A stretch of DNA of 64,000 nt from Octopus vulgaris (lineage: Eukaryota), in contig OX597820.1 in NCBI GenBank assembly GCA_951406725.2, positions 127,348,001 through 127,412,000 of the forward strand, read 5' to 3'. Positions 62,105 through 64,000 of this stretch are shown one piece after another. Position 1 is the first letter of the stretch, and each line of letters starts with the position of its first letter. The position numbers and the translations under genes were made by a program. Under the pieces are notes generated by a model, which searched no databases, was not told the origin of the DNA, and saw only the letters and a program-made list of their open reading frames with translations.

Positions 62105-64000
62105 GTAAGTATTGAGAAAATAATTGGTTTATTTGATTTCCAATCAATTCATACCTGCTGATTTTAGATGAGGATCTTTCAGTTTTCTAGCAGCCATGTC
62201 AGTTTAATTAGTCTTTTAATTGAATGACTCCAAGTTCACTATTATTGGGAATGTTGAATCTGGAGAAATTGGGACACCAATATTTCCTCATATTTTCTGA
62301 GTTTCTGCTGGAATATATATATATATATTCCTAACAACATCTGATAGACACGCAGTGTAACAGCATGCCTTTGATGCAAGTCTGAGGAAGCCCCTCTCCA
62401 ATGTCTAAAAGCACAAATATTACATGGTTTTTCTTCTGAATTTTCATGTAAACTTGTGTTGCAAATGGAGATAGTAAGGAAACCTTTGTAACTTATAATT
62501 AAAGCTGTGTTTAAAAAATTTTCTGTCACCTTCTTTTCATTGGATATATATATATATATATATATAGCTTCCAATCTAAAACTGAATTTACTTGGGGAAC
62601 ACATCAAAATGGTTCACTGTACCCTAAATAAATTTTTTTCTGACAATTTCCAACTATGCCTGCAAGTTTTGCTATAAACAGATGAAAATAGCTTATCGGT
62701 CTTAAATAGTTGTTTTTTTCTTTTGGTTTAAGAACAGTAATCCATTTGATCTTGTGTAATAGAATATATAATGGTTTGATGCTTTTTAGTATCCACTCCA
62801 AGGAAACCTGTGTAAGATACACAATCCATTTATTTGAATTGATACTTTTTCCGATTCAAAGACAACATTTTGTTACTTGTGTCCATGGTATTAATGTTAA
62901 CAGTATGAACCCTAAACAACTAGGAGGCACTAGCTTTAAATGTAATTGCGCAATATTTAAGTGTTTGTTAGATTCCATCTTAATGTTGTTATTTGATTAT
63001 TAGAATTGTAAATCCTTTTCCTTAATTGGTGTGTTTGCAATGATAATGTAAGTCCACATATAAAAAATTTCAGCTGTTATAACTGAGTATAATTGTTAGC
63101 CAGTGTTTTCTAAGTTACACTCCTTAAAACAAGTTCAAGTCGTAAGTCGTTTTATTTACATTCTTCATTCCTGCACTAGTTTATTTAGTAGTAGAATAAG
63201 CAATTGTTTAGGGACCAAATATTGCTTGAATCACCAAAGATAACATTTCAGTCTTTTTATCTCTCTGGCTTCTCAATTTTTAAACATGATATATTTTTTA
63301 TGCAATTTATAACATATCATTTAAATTAATTTATTTTATTCATGCTAGCAAAGAAGGTTTTTGTAAGACTAATTTTATGTAGACTTGATGACCATCAGCC
63401 GTTTCTAATGCCTTAACCCTTTTTTGATACCTGTCTGAAACCACCCCTGTTTCCACAATACAAACTTCTCCTTTTTAAGTGATCTAAATTAAAAACCTTC
63501 CATCAAAATTTCACGATAATTTACATCTCAAGCACCAGCTGAATAATGACAGTTATTTTACTAAATTTTTCATTAGTTTTTAAATTAATTCAAACAAAAC
63601 CAGTGTATTTCAACAAAAACATAACAAAAGAATTAATGAGGAAAACAAGGCAGGTTTATCTTCTTAATTTTGTTGATGTTAAGTTTGAACATATAAAAAG
63701 AAAAACATTGGTGGGATTTGGAATTCCAGAAGATTGATGTTCTGATAGTAGAGATTGTGTTTATAGTGTTTATGATGCAGTATGGGTGGTGACAGGTGTA
63801 GAGACTGATATGTTGGTTCAGGTGAAGCTGGTATACACCAGGTTAGTTAAAGTTATCTAAATCTGAAATCATTTTCAAGCGCCCTGGTTTCTGCTTGAGG
63901 TTACTTTTGTCATTGTTGTTCTTTGAGGCACCAAAAGTCAACAAAATCTACTTCACAATTTCCATGCTGCTTTCACTAGTATATTGTGCCACTGTTCAGA

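Overview
AT-rich eukaryotic genomic DNA dense in microsatellites and SINEs. The SINE families and repeat landscape point to a cephalopod, most likely Octopus (inference). The whole window lies inside one + strand gene encoding a p120/delta-catenin-family armadillo protein. Ten exons from 1148 to 21427 join in frame through GT-AG introns and encode the later ARM repeats and the start of the C-terminal tail. A further exon lies at 62003-62104; neither start nor stop codon is in the window. The introns hold tRNA-derived SINEs, LINE remnants (CR1/L2-like, RTE-like), a mariner remnant, MITEs (piggyBac-, hAT-, Merlin-like) and a Helitron-like element. Two things stand out. (1) Across the 40 kb between 21427 and 62003 is a series of frame-compatible candidate microexons (7-37 nt), plus an AG|GTAAGA site resembling a recursive splice point. 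(2) Several minimal type I hammerhead ribozyme motifs of the Penelope type occur, some as head-to-head fold-backs, among many long intronic hairpins that could be ADAR substrates. All long I/Y/M/H-rich ORFs in the track are microsatellite artefacts. Everything was read by eye; no alignments or folding were run.
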